Positions 25,220-38,190 of a stretch of DNA of 64,000 nucleotides are shown in pieces; within the stretch, counting starts at the first letter, position 1, and each line of letters begins with the position of its first letter. Origin of the DNA: Prorocentrum cordatum (Eukaryota); NCBI GenBank assembly GCA_963575745.1, contig CAUYUJ010000001.1:3286001-3350000 (forward strand). The letters run 5' to 3'. A program made the position numbers and the translations under genes. A model generated the notes under the pieces. The model saw only the letters and a list, made by a program, of their open reading frames with translations. It had not been told where the DNA came from and did not search any database.

Positions 25220-26760
25220 CTTGAAGAGGCCCCGAAGACGCCCAAGAGCGCCCCAAGAGGGGCTTCAAGAGGCAAACATCTGCCCATTTCCCTTGTAAAA
25301 CGTGCATTTACAGCATACTCGCTGGCTCCGTCTTCACAGTGCCCCAGACGCCCCCGCGGCGCCCCAACACAGCCCAAGAGAGACCCAAGAGGGCCCCAGA
25401 CGGCCCAAAAGGGTCGGCCTGTGGGACTCACGGCGCCCCCCAAAACAGCCCAAGATGCCCCGAAGCCGGCCCAGGAGGCCCCCAAGACGGCCTCAGGGAG
25501 GCCCAAGAGGGCCCCGTTCGAAATCATGTTCCCAGAAGCCTCTCCGGGAACATTACTTCCAGGCTCTCAGGGCCCCCTACTGAGCCGCAGGACGGGCCCG
25601 TGATGCCTTGAAGATTTCCGAAGAGGGCCCCAAGAGGGCCTTCAAGAGGCACAAATCGGCCCATTTCCTTCGTAAAACGTGCATTTTCGGCATACTCGCT
25701 GGCTTCGTCGTCACAGTGCCCCAGACGCCCCCGCGGAGCCCCAACACAGCCCAAGAGAGACCCAAGAGGGCCCCAGACGGCCCCAAAGGGTCGGCCTGTG
25801 GGGCTCACGGAACCCCCCAAGACGGCCCAGGAGGCCCCGAAGCCGGCTCAGGAGGCTCCCAAGACGGCCTCAGGGAGGCCCAAGAGGGCCCCGTTCGAAA
25901 TCATGTTCCCGGAAGCTTCTCCGGGAACATGATTTCCCGGCTCCCAGGGCCCCCCACTGAGCCCCAGGACAGCCTCAGCGAGGCCCAGGAGGGCCCGAGA
26001 TGGCTTGAAGATGGCCGAAGAGGGCCCCAAGAGGGCCTTCAAGAGGCACACATCGGCCCAATTCCTTTCTAAAACGTAAATGTTCAGCATACTCGCTGGC
26101 TTCGTCTTCACAGTGCCCCAGACGCTCCCGCGGAGCCCCAACACAACCCAAGAGAGATCCAAGAGGGCCCACGACGGCCCAAAAGGGTCGGCCTCTGGGG
26201 CTCACGGAACCCCCCAAGACGGCCCAAGAGGCCCCGAAGCCGGCCCCAGGGAGGCCCAAGAGGGCCCCGTTCGAAATCACATTACTGCCGGGCTCCCAGG
26301 GCCCATTCGACCCCTAGAGGGCCCCAGGACAGCCTCAGCGAGGCCCAAGAGGGCCCGAGATGGCTTCAAGATGGCCGAAGAGGGCCCCAAAAGGGCTTTC
26401 AAGAGGCAAAAATCAGCCCGTCCCCATAGTAAAACGTATACATTCAGCATACTCCCTTGCTGCGTCTTCGCAGTGCCCCAGACGCCCCTGAGGAGCCCCA
26501 ACACAGCCCAAGAGAGACCCAAGAGGGCCCTACACTGCCCAAAAGGGTCGTCCTGTGGGGCTCACGGAACCCCCCGAGACGGCCCAAGAGGCCCCAAAGC
26601 CAGCCCAGGAGGCCCCCAAGACGGCCTCAGGGAGGCCCAAGAGGGCCTCGTTCGAAATCATGTTCTTGGAAGCCTCTCCGGGAACATGATTCCTGGGTTC
26701 CCAGGACGCCCAAAGACAGCTCCCAGAGGCCCCGGACACGCCGAAGATGGCCTCAGGATG
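25220..26760. repeat. Tandem array of about 4 copies of a 360-400 bp CCAAGA-rich unit
   Basis: Anchor CAGTGCCCCAGACGC recurs at ~25337, ~25714, ~26112 and ~26471 with collinear flanks. Confidence 0.88.
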
Positions 26761-28264
26761 GCCGACGACGCCGCCAAAACGCTCCAGGAGCGCCTGCAGA
26801 GGCCCCTCCAAAGGGCCCCAGAAGCCGAAAATCATAAATTTTCCAATGGTTTTTGAAGCATTCTTGCGCTCTCCCATGTTCCGCCTCCCCACAGTCCCGG
26901 ACCGCGTCAGAGGCCCTTCAGATCGCTCCAAGACGGCCGGAGAGGCTCCCAAGAAAGCTCACGGCCCAGGAGGCTCCCCAGATAAGTCAAGAGGGCCTCG
27001 AGAGCGCCCCGAGAGAGCCCCAAGAGCGACCCGAGAGGGCCCGAAGAGCGCGACATTTCGAGGTCTCCGGCCTGAGATTCTCTTAGGGCGCCCCCGGAGA
27101 CCATCAAGAGGCTCCCAAGAAGCTCCGTGAGGCTCCCCGTAGCTGAAGATTGCTACTTTTATAAATGCTGTATTGTCTTCGTGTTAACATAATGTTTTCT
27201 AATCGGCCCTATTTGCTTGTGGGGTCATAGGTAATATTGGTGTAATTTGTTTAAGTGTATGCTCATGTTTTTGATAGTTTCATTCAAGACATCCTCACAA
27301 ATCTGCAAAAGAGGACCTCGGCGAAGTCCTTCGTCTCCCCCAGCATCGCCCAAAGAGAGCCCAAAGCAGCACCCTAGGAGATTCCCAGGAGGGCCCAAAG
27401 AGCTCCCAAGAGATTGAGGCGGAGGCGGCGAAAGCCTTGGGAATACGAAGTCGGGAAGTGCGAACACCTTAGAACCTCAGAAAATCGAGCGGCTGACGCA
27501 GTGCCACCGCGTGCTGCTAGATGTGCTGTTAGCACGTGCTTGCTTGACATCCATCTCCTCCTCCTTTTCCTCGGTTGCTTTTCAAACTCGTTTGAAAAAA
27601 CTGTTCCACATCCTCCTCAACCTCCTCCTCTTCTTCCTCCTCCACCTCCTTTTTCTCCATCCCTCCTCCCCCATCCCTCCCCTCTCTCCTCCTTCCCTCC
27701 TGTTCCTCCCAGTAGCACTGCCGCTGTGACTATCCATTGCTATGGTCACTGCTGCCAGTCCCGATTTCCACTCCTGCACACCGCCACCTCTGCGCACCAG
27801 CAACACTGTCACACGCAGCCACATCTAGCACAACGCACGACCTAGAGTACGAATGCCAATGTGACTTCAATGCCTCAACCGACGTCGGTTGGCAAGTGCA
27901 TTGGCAAGTGTAGTCGGAATGCACATTCCGACTACACTTGCCAATACGATTGCCATAGCTACTAGCATGTCAATTGCCACGACCATTACCCCTACCAGCA
28001 TCACTGACAATAGCTACCATTGAAAGTTCTTCTCAAATGACACATGCACGATTGCAACAACAAGCTCGCCAGATCCACCGCTGCCATCCCGACCGCTACC
28101 AATGACTGCCCACTACCATTACTGCCGTTACAACAACTGCCACTGCAAATGCACCTACAATCACTACACCTACCACGATAACCATCCTTGCCAAATCGAT
28201 CACACCGATGACATTGAAGAGGGAGGCACACTCAAGCACATGTTCTGCGATGGCCCCCTGTCTC

Positions 28265-29900
28265 TCAAGGGCGGAAGTCAAGCCTCAAGAATACACCTGT
28301 GGCCCGCTTCCTCAACACGGATTTCTGCACGACCCCTTTGTAACGCCTTGCCATCGAGCGTGACCACACTTCCGTTGTCGTACCAATCTGGCTCTCCTCA
28401 TTGTAGTATTGCAGAAATCGTAAGTTCACGACTTCGAAAACCATGGAATGTGTCGCGTCCGATGTATCTTAGGAGTAACGTTCCAAGCGAGCACATTCCC
28501 TCGCCGTGCAAATTCTCTGCATTTCTGGTAGCTGCGGCCAAACTCTAGCACGTTTTTGTTGAGCCTCTCGAGAGCAGGATCTGACATGAACATCGGCTCA
28601 GAGTAAATGATCGCATACAGTTCTGCAAGACACCGCGTGGCTGACATGCAAGCTTTGTGATCTTTTCTAGTTGGGTCCAAGAACTCATGAACGATCCTAT
28701 TGAATATCGGTGCCGCAACCCTTGTGTTCCCAGCTTTCACCGTTGGGCCATGAAAGGTAAACCAACCATCTACTTTGAGGGATGCCTTTTTGAACTTTGG
28801 CAGCCTGTTCAACTCTGGGTTGCTGTCGTAATAGCCTCAGAATTATGTATTGATTCTTTCGAGGCGGTCGGCGATGGAAGCACCCAACGCGGGAAGTCGA
28901 ATCAGAAAGGGCAGCGCTTTTCCATACACCAACGAGGCTGCACCTTCGCAGTCAACCAATTGCATCAAATCCATGAAGAAAACTACCTGCTACAGAAGTA
29001 TCTGGAGCTAACCAAAGGGTGATGAGGTTCTCGGAGCCGGCTCTTGTAGGCTAAAAAAGGGATATCTTCCGATGTCCTCCACGCGGCAGTCGCTCTCAAA
29101 TCCGTGAATGGTCTCTCACTTCGGTTCGCCATGCATTCGCTGCACGGCTCGAGCCCACTGTAGTGAGGTATACCGATCTCGTTGCACCTCTCTTCTTCGT
29201 CCGCTTTTGCCACAAGCAAGACCCCTTTCCACGTCGTGCCGTCGAGATCTGTAGCGATCGGGCTGTCCGCCACAGCACCCGCCGCCAAAGCGTCGAAGTC
29301 GGCGAATCTAGCGGCCCAGCTCTCGGAACATACCGCCGAATGCTACTTTATGCAAGATGCAACCAGGAACTGCGTGACCTTCTCGCCACCCTGTCGTAGC
29401 AGCGAGGAACAGATATACACATGCAGCTATTCAGCTTGCTGACAGGGCCTGCGTCTGTGTGAAGGCTGAGCGGGACTGTGTGGATGAGGTCCTCCACGCC
29501 CTTCCCTTGCAGGCATGGGTGGGCATTGGCCCACGCGCGCGATTTGGGGCGGCTCAGAAATTCGCCCCAAAACAAACGAGTCTTTTCTTCCGAGGCCCCG
29601 AATCGCAGACCAGCATCTCGCCGATGGTGTCGGTGTAGCGCAGGAAACCATGTCGACGGAAGGATGACGTCAGTGACGATCGCCCCAGGGACCGAAGTAT
29701 CAAAGCATCGATGTAGCATTTTTTACCAAGAAGCGCTGCCACTCCATTGCTGGCATTCTGTCCAGAACCAACGTTTGCAGGAGTGAAACTCATCGGGTGA
29801 TTGAAGCCGTCGTCCAACGCGTGTTGCGTGTGTTGCTTTAGTTGGAATGCAGACGTGGTGCCGTCGCACCAATTCAGTAGATGGCTGAACGTTTACAATG
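28265..29900 (-). pseudogene. Decayed DDE transposase, CACTA/EnSpm-Plavaka-like
   Basis: Collinear motifs across frameshifts and stops: VPLSLHTDAG (D1), VAKADEEE (D2), CSEC, MDLMQLVDCEG, WNVTPKIHRTRH, YYNEESQIG (E). Stop TGA at 28267-28265. Confidence 0.7.
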
Positions 29901-31664
29901 TCACAGCGTGTCGGGTAGCACGATGGTGGATATGGCGAGCTACTCGTGGACATAATTCCATATTTGATGTTGCCGCGTCAGTGGGGCATGCGAGGATGAG
30001 GAGGCCGTGAGTGGGTAGGGAGCAGGAAGAGGGACCCCCCATCGGAACGATGTTTTGATTTTGGATTGGCGCGCGCTTGCGGTTACCTTCCCGTCGAGGG
30101 GCGCGGGAGCCATGTTCGCCAGGAAAGGTTGCTTCTGATCCATCCGCTGGAAAAAAGGTTTCGCCCAAGAGTCGTCCACGATTGGCCACGCATGCGGGTC
30201 GTGTCAGAAGCATTGGAGGTAGGCATCGCTACTCCCAGCCCGCTTCGGGCTGAAGACGGCTGGTTTGTTATTATTACCCCCAGGAGGCTCGCGAAGACTA
30301 GGACCGCAGCCGTCGTCGGTTAGCCGACTGCACAGAATCGCGCCGTAGGCAAATCGTGTATGGCACGCCCGTGATGCCAGTATTCCACTGCGCTTGCGTA
30401 ATTCGGTCACATGTTCCATTCCAGTCTAGCAGTGCCCAGGTGCACGTGGCAAACATGATCGGTCAAGCACGGGAAGCGCCGCCGCTTTGTCCACCACGTC
30501 TGTCAGTGCACGTCAAGCCGAGAATGTCAACAACTCCGAAGGTTTGCAAACCAGACCCGAACGGACATGCTGCTACAAGTTCACTGCGCTGGTCTGCCAT
30601 GCTGGTCTGTCGAGTTTGCCTGCCGTGTTGGCCGCATGGTGGCCCTCGTGGGCCGCCAGGGGCGCTCAAGGATCTTGGGGGTTTATTGAGCCGTGTTGGA
30701 TTGTCAGGGTGCGTCTAAAGGTTCTGAAAAAAAAAAGGTTCTCTTGGGCCACTTGGGCGGCTTCCTGGTCCATTATAGGGCTGTGTTAGGCAGTTTGGGG
30801 GCCTCTCAGGACGCTCTTGCGCTGATTGGGGCCTCGTTGGGGGTCTCCGGGATCCTTTCGGGTGTCCTTTTGGTAGTTTTGAAGCCTTCCGAGAGCGATT
30901 CCAAGACGATGTTGGTTCAGAGTCCCAACTGGAGTTTGTTCCTCGAATGCCTCAAACGACGCGGCCATCTTGAACGAAATTGACCAGACAAGAACCGGGC
31001 ACATATATTTTGCACAGCGGGTTCGCGGTTATTTTCGGCTCGTTGGTCTGCCGTGCAGTTGTTGCGTCGCGTTGCTGCATATTGGCAGTGTGCCCCCAAG
31101 TATTATATAATCTGTAGGAACCAAGTCGGCAAACTTGACTCGACCATGCACCTCCTCGAAATATCATGCAAGGGTGTTTGATCCGGCCGAAGTGTAAGAC
31201 AGTTCAAGAGGCTTGCGCCATTCCGCCTGCCCGCCCCCAGAAAAGATGTGCGGTTTGAATTCCCCGTCGTGCTGCCTGCGTGTAGTTGCTGCTGATTCTG
31301 CCCCCTCTTCATCTGCATCTGTTGTGGGACTCGTCGGAAGCCTTTTCGAGGCCCCCGGGGGCGGAGTTCCTCGGCCTTTGGGGGGCCCCTCCTGGCGGCT
31401 TCTTGGGGGCAGGCTGGGGCTGTTGGGGGCCGTGATTTGGCGGTGGGCTACCGGGGTCTCTGCGAGTTCCTCCTCTTGGGCCCGTCTTCCGGGTTGCGGG
31501 TCTTTTGTGCAGTTTGGAGGCCTCTTGGGCCGGGCCGTCCCAGGGCCTTTATAGAGCCGTTTCGGGGCCGCTTGGGTGTCTCTTGGGCCGGTCTGGGGGA
31601 ATTCGGGCCGCTTTGAATTTGCTGGATCCAGAAAACGATAACGCGAAGATCAGTGTAAAAACCG

Positions 31665-31748
31665 TGTATGTATGTATGTATGTATGTATGTATGTATGTA
31701 TGTATGTATTTATGTATGTATGTATGTATGTATGTGTGTGTGTGTATA
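31665..31748. repeat. (TATG)n/(TG)n microsatellite
   Basis: Direct observation. Confidence 0.95.
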
Positions 31749-31932
31749 TATTGTCTTGAAGCCCTTTTCGAGGGTCCTCTTTGGGGCCCTCGTAGGGCGA
31801 CTTTGGCCGTCTTGAGGCCGTATTGGGTGATGGGCGGCCGTGGAGGGTGGATTTGGGGGCCCCGATTGCTCCAGAGGTGCCTTGTCGACCTCGTCGCCGC
31901 ACCTCCAGGGCGGATAATGGGTTCCCCGCAAC

Positions 31933-32345
31933 GAGCGCCGAAAACCAAACGGGCGCCGAAACCACCAGGGCGCCGAAAATGAAGGTGCGCCGAAAACTAA
32001 AAGAACGCCGAAACCAACGATGCGCCGAAAACAAGGATTGCTGACACCACAAAGGCACGGAAAACCAAAGGGGCGCCGAAATCCGAAAAGGCACCGATAG
32101 CTAAGAAACGCCGCCGAAAACCAAGTGGGCGCAGAAAACCGACATGGCGCCGAAAACAAAAGGGGCACCGAGAACCAAAGGGGCGTCGAAAACCAAGAAG
32201 CGCCACAAACCAATGGTGCGCCGAAGACCAAAAGGCCACCGAAAACCAAAGTGGTGCCGAAAACCAAAATGGCGCCGAACATTTACGTAAGGGGCGTCGA
32301 AATCCCAAGGAACGCCGAAAACCGAAAGGGCGCAGCAACGCGAAG
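31933..32345. repeat. ~19-bp degenerate tandem repeat (GGCGCCGAAAACCAAA..)
   Basis: About 20 degenerate copies. A few inverted copies follow at ~32460-32535. Confidence 0.85.
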
Positions 32346-32539
32346 GGCGCGCGGAGAACCACCCCCTCCTAATTACGGCGGATTTTTGGTATTTCCAGCT
32401 GGAGGGCCCTGGCTGAGGGGGGGTCTTCGAAGCTACCTTGCCCCTGTGGCTTTCGGATCCCCTGTGGTTTTCGGCGCCTTTGTTTTTTTGTGTGCCTTTG
32501 GTTGTCGGCGCCTTTGTGTTTTTGGACGCCCTTCGTATT

Positions 32540-33266
32540 CGTGGCCCCATAGGGAGCTCCATCTAAGGCTCCATTGGGGGTGGCCACATGCGTCCGCCAC
32601 ACCCAGTACAGCGTTTCGTGGCCCCCTAGGGGACCCCACCCAAGACCCCAGTGGGAGTGGCCACATGCGTCCGCCACACCCAGTACAGCGTTTCGTGGCC
32701 TCATAGGGAGCCCCACCGAAGACCCCAGTGGTGGTGGCCACATAGGTCCGCCACACCCAGTACAGCGCTTCGTGACACCATAGGGAGCTCCATCGGAGCC
32801 CCAGTAGGGGTGACCACCTGCGTCAGCCACACTCATACAACGTTTGGTGGCCAGTGGGACCGTCCGCATGCGTCCCGGAAACCCAATTTGGCATTTTCAC
32901 CCACCCAGTACAACGTTTCGTGGCCCCAATAGGGAGCTCCACCGAAGCCCCCAGTGGGACCGTCCACATGCGTCCCACACGCCCAATTTGGCAGTTTCAC
33001 GCACCCAGCACAGCGCTTCATGGCCCCATAGAAAGCTCCACCGAAGCCCCCTGTGGGACCGTCCGCATGTGCTCCGCCGCACGCCAAATTTCGCATTTTC
33101 GCTCGCCCAACATAACGCTTCGTGGCCCCATTAGGAGTTCCACCGAATCGTCCAGTGGGACCGTCCGCATGCGTCCCGCACACCCAATTTGGCATTTGCA
33201 CCCACCCAAGACAGCGTTTCGTGTCGGAGCTCCACCGCAGCCCCAGTGGGACCGTCCGCATGCGTC
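32540..33266. repeat. Satellite with ~70-bp then ~90-bp units (CGTTTCGTGGCCCCATAGGGAGCTCCACCGAAGCCCCCAGTGG..)
   Basis: About 4 + 5 copies. Related sequence at ~40683-40880, ~43570-43630 and ~56320-56580. Confidence 0.88.
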
Positions 33267-33450
33267 TAGTGGCCCTGTTGGGGTCTAGATTGGCGCAGGC
33301 GGCCACGCTTTGCATTTGTGCTGCGGCGCGTGGTTCGGGGAGTCACGCCCCCGCGCTGCCAGTGGGCCTATCGGTCGCCCTGTTTGGGGGTGGGCCGATG
33401 GACCTCATGGCTTTCCCACTGCGTGGGCTTAGGGCCTGCCCTTTCTAACT

Positions 33451-34760
33451 TCCCAGTCCGCCCAGCACCAAGTTTTTTTGATTTGTTCGGGCACCACTCC
33501 CTTCCCACTTCGTGGGTTTATGAAAAAGATATGGCGGATCCTCTTACTGCAAGAGCAAGTATGTTTAACAAATTTCGTCGACGATTAATTTGGGGCTGCC
33601 TTAACTGAATATGATTCCTGCCGTAAGCTTGCGTCCGCCATCCGATTTTTCCTAAGGATTGGCATCCCAGTGAGCAGCAAACAGTCCGGCTTGATACCGC
33701 CCTCCAAAGACAAAATTGGGTAGGATGGATTTTCGACACTCGCCTCAACGAATTTCCAATAGAAAGGAAAACATGCGGAAACCGTATTGTGCTATTAAAC
33801 GAAGTGTTGGTAGCATACGCTGCTGGCACCCTTCGTTCCCGTGCTTTGGCGTCTGCCGCAGGTTTCGCTTCGCACATCGCTGAAGTATTGTTGCAAGGTC
33901 GCCGCCGTCTGTCACGAGTTTGGGAAACGCTCAACTCTGAAAATGTTTACGCGATGTGGGCACGCAACCGGCGCGCAGACCCTCTGGTCACGTTGTCTTT
34001 AGATGCAACACAACAAATACAATGGTGGATAAAAGCTTTCGGCCTGACTCCATCCAGACCTTTGCATTCAGCTGGAAGCTCTCTTTCTAGATGGGGGCCG
34101 AAATCTGAAGATTTTGCAAATTGGCGCCAACTTGCGGTGTCTGGCTGCATTCGCGTGGTCGAAGTTGACGCATCAAGATTGTTGGGTTAGTCATACCATT
34201 TATGTGGATCAGGGGTTGTACGTTCTGGCGCGTGGCCGGATGATTTCGCTACTGTAGCAGAAAACTGTGACGAAGTTGTTCGTTCCGAAGCGGCTTGGTT
34301 GCGTGGATGGTGCACTGTTTTCCGGTGCATTAAGTTTCGTTTCGGCCGTGTACAATCGTTTGATGATTTGGCTGAAAATTTTGAGCTCGCTGAAAGACGT
34401 GCAGGTTGTTTGTGCATGGCTGTTCGTATTAAGGGTGAGCATGATATCGCCAGTGACGAGGGATCTCGCGACGCCCAAATTGCTGAGCAATGGAATGCTG
34501 ATCCATTCCGCGATGCCGTCCTCTAGCGTGCGACCGTGGCCGACCTTGCACGTAAATCTCGCCCTTTCGATATGGATGTGTTTGCAGACCGCGAGGGTGT
34601 ATCTGCTCGGGCGCCTGTATGGTATTTTCCTTTTCGAGGGTACCAGTCGCGCCAAAACAGTTTGGACCCACCCACCGCGAGCCCTCATTGCCCGCGCCTT
34701 GCCTTGGTTAGCGCATGTGGTGGATTCAGACAAATTGCGACAATGTTTTCTTATGTGTTC
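33451..34760 (+). pseudogene. RT-RNase H-adenine methyltransferase (DIRS pol) relic, 5'-truncated
   Basis: NFVDD at 33571-33585 followed by a stop; WVGWIFDT; thumb-like LASAAG..GRRRL..IQWW; RNase H VEVDAS..G* (D at 34167) and RIKGEHDIASDEGSR; methyltransferase DMDVFAD (~34569) and VWTHPP (34660-34677). Confidence 0.75.
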
Positions 34761-35439
34761 CGGGGGGCGAGGAGGCGTCGCGGCCGCTGGGCTGCCGGCT
34801 CAGATCTCGTCCATCTCTGGCCCACATCGCGCGCCAAAATAGCTTGGCGCCCTGCGCCGCCCACTGACTCGCATGGGGCGCTGCTCTCTTTGCCGCGGCA
34901 CGGAAAATGATAGCCTGGCGAAGGGCCCAGACATGCGCAGTTGTGAATGCCGCAGTTGTGGGGCGCGGGGCGCCGTCTCTTCAAAACGAGGACCCAACGC
35001 CACCATATGGTTGGGGAAAGAAAGCATGTCAGTTTTTCGGGCTATGTTGTTTGTGTGGTTTTCGATTTGTTCTGGCATGGTGCTGCGCCGCCCGCCCTTC
35101 AACTGTGCCTCGGCGGAATCTCCTGAGGGCGATTTGGACATGTGATCGCCGAAGTGGTATCCTCCGCGTCTGGGGCCCATGCTTCCCAGCACGCGTGCCA
35201 GCCTGACCGCGGGGACTTCGCGGGAGGCCACTGATCAAGATCAATCGGCATCGTTGTTGCTTACTCGACTTTGCTAGGGCATCGATGTCGCCAGCTTAGC
35301 CTTTCGGCCCAAACGCTTCAGCGCCCCTCTTTCACAGCGCAGTCAGTCCATTCGCTTCGGCTACGTCATCACCCCGACGCCCGGCACCATCCCTTGAGAG
35401 TTCGGGCAAGCAGCCGCAGAGCAGTGGCTAGAGGATGCT

Positions 35440-36726
35440 ATCAAGCCAGATGGTGCTGCGGCCGAGGTGTTCGCCGCAGCGGCCCAAGCGAACGTTCCGA
35501 AGATGCTCTCCGAAAAAGAGCCCCCGCTTCGCGCGCCAAGCGGCGCCGTTTCCATCGCGGCAGAGGCCAGCGCTTCAGAGCAGGGCGCGCCCGTCACGCC
35601 GCTTGAGGCCAACGTTAAGCTGCGCGAAGCCGAGCTTTCCAAGCTCACCAAAATCGACGATGACCAGACGCCAAATTCCCTTGGCGCGTTCTAGCCTCGC
35701 AACTGCGAACCAGGGGGCTCGACGTCGACGCAGACTGGATCGAGAACGCTGCGGGGCAGATGGGCGACCCAGCAGTCGCAAATTGCGCGGCTGTTTGCGC
35801 TTCCAATCCTGACTGCGATGGGGGCCAAGAAGCTCATGGGGGCCATGGCGATGAAGAAGGCGCCCAAAACCTGGTCGATATCTGTATGTCTAGCGCCGTG
35901 GGGCGGCGGTGCCGATAGATTCAGGGTCTTCATATCGGATGAGGCTGCAGTGGAAAACGATGGCACAGTAGCGGCGCTCGCGCGCAAACTCTTGCATTTG
36001 CATGTGCTTTTAGAGGGGCAGCGCGTGAATTTTGGCAACGGCCGAGCCGAATTCGGCAGGTAAAACGCAATCGCAGCGCGGGCAGATTATGCCGCTGGTC
36101 TTTTTTATGTTGAAAGCGCGCGATCGCAATGCCAAAAAGGCGGCTGCGCGAGCGCCCCTGAACCGCGCCATTCTGCGGTCTGATTTCCCATTGGATAGGC
36201 AGCTCGGCGCCGCGAGTTTGGTTGGGCAGCTCGCGCCGACCAGATCTATTTCGGCTCTCGCAGACTCCGCGCCATCCGGCGCGGCCTCCTCGAATGGCCC
36301 CCATTCGAGAAGGTCCGGTCAGACGCCCAGTTTTGGAGTGGTCGGTCGACCGGTTTCCCTTTACTTCCAGTTGTCTCCGCGGGGCAGGGCCAGCGGCCTA
36401 AAGGCGGGGGGCGGCCCCAGGACGCAGAGAAGCGGCGTTCGATCTCCGTCGCCGCAGCTGACCTGGCCAATGTGATGTGGAGGCAGCAACCTGCTGCAGT
36501 GCAGCGCTACATCGACGGTGAGTTGAATGGCGCGGACGGCGAGCGCAAAGCCATGGGCGCAGTTTTAGGCAGATACTGCAGGCATTGTTTGCGTGACGCC
36601 CGCGCGCTGGCGCAGCGCCCACCGCGGATTTGTCGCGCGGAGGGTGGCCCCCCGCGCGCGCCCTCTGCGAAATGCGCGCGCCCGGGCACGACCGAGTATC
36701 ATTGCCCTGAGAAGTGCCCCAAATGA
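35440..36726 (+). pseudogene. Decayed gag-like ORF with C-terminal Cys/His zinc-finger remnant
   Basis: Fragmented ORFs ending YCRHCL...IC...AKCARPGTTEYHCPEKCPK*. The gag identity is an inference. Confidence 0.35.
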
Positions 36727-37469
36727 TAGGCCCCGCAGCGACGAGAAAGGCCATTCTCAAGAGCGCGGGCGAAGATGCCAACTCTTAGCCTGGCAGTTCT
36801 CCTTCAAGTAGCTGCTCGCGCGACAGCCCCCTCCCGCCCCGCCGCTCGCATCATCCTCCTCGCTATCGCAGCCGCCCTATCCTAAACCTTCTCCTTGCCT
36901 TGCCACCTCGCTTGTCCTCGTGGCCTCGCGAGAGCACAAATTCCAATCTACCCCGCCGGCGTCAGTTTATGCCCTCCTGCGCTGGGCGGCGGGCCGCAAT
37001 GTTGAGGCCGGCGTTGTCGCGCCCCCGTCGGCTGGGTTCGCGTTGGGCGAGTCTTGGCATTCAGCTTTCTTCCATGTGAGTTGTCGCCCCCAGCCCCCCC
37101 CCATCCCCTCTCCTCTTTTTCTTTCTATTGCCGCCCAACTCCGCATGCCGAGCATAGCCCGCCGGCAACGAGCAGCGCCGAACATAGTTCCACTGTGCCG
37201 AGCTCGTCGCAACACGTTGCCCGAGCTTGTTTTGGAGTGTATTCGCCGCGGCGCCCCTGGTTCCACAACTCATTCTCTTCCCAACTCAATTACTTCATTC
37301 TCCCGTCCTTTTCCCCCTGGCCCCTGTCAATGGCCAGCGCCCGTCGCAGCGCAATTTCAGCCGTTGCATTCTGCGCGCCCCCGCGAACAGCGCAAACTGC
37401 ATGGCGACCCCGAGAAACGCTGCGCAATTTGCGCCGTCGCGCCCATCAGCGCGTTGCTTACTCTGGATC

Positions 37470-38190
37470 CCTTAATAATCGACCCCCAAAAAAAAAACCG
37501 GACCCACCCTTCCTTCGCGACATAATTTTCCGGACCCCTTCCCGCAGAGGGCGCCTTAATATTCCGGACCCCCCCCCCAGCAAAATTGCGAGCGCGACGA
37601 CGACGACGACGACGATACGAGAACTACGACTACGACTTCGACGACGACGACGACGACGACGACGACAACGACAATGACAACGACGACGACGACGACGACG
37701 ACGACGAAGGGGCAGCTTTCCGCACGAAGAAAGCGGCCTTGAAGGCGGGCTTCAAGGAGAACTGAGGGGCACTTAAGTGCGCAAGATGATGTTCGCGCTT
37801 GGGGTGCGACGAGGAAACCATCACCGAGATAGTCGTCATCGCCATCAGAAGTACCATCATTGCCACCGCCGTATCATATCGTGATGATGGTGATAACGAC
37901 GATGATGAGGATGATGACGATGATGTTGAACATGTTGATGATGATGATGCTGATGATGATGATGCTGATGATGATGTTGGTGATGATGAACATGATGACG
38001 ACGATGACGATGACGACGATGATGATGATATTGATGATGATGATGGTTAGTACTCCGCGGGCTAGTACCAAAAGGCGCCCTAATAAACCGGACCCCCCCT
38101 GAACGTCGGCTTCAAGAAACGCCTTACTAAACCGGGCCCCCCTGCTTCCCCAAAAGGCGCCTTAATAAGCCGGACGAAACAAACCCGGTG
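37470..38190. repeat. Insertion of GGCGCCTTAATAAACCGGACCCC-type repeats enclosing (GAC)n and (GAT)n tracts
   Basis: Motif copies at ~37470-37580 and ~38070-38180. (GAC)n 37596-37706; (GAT)n 37882-38045. Confidence 0.75.
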
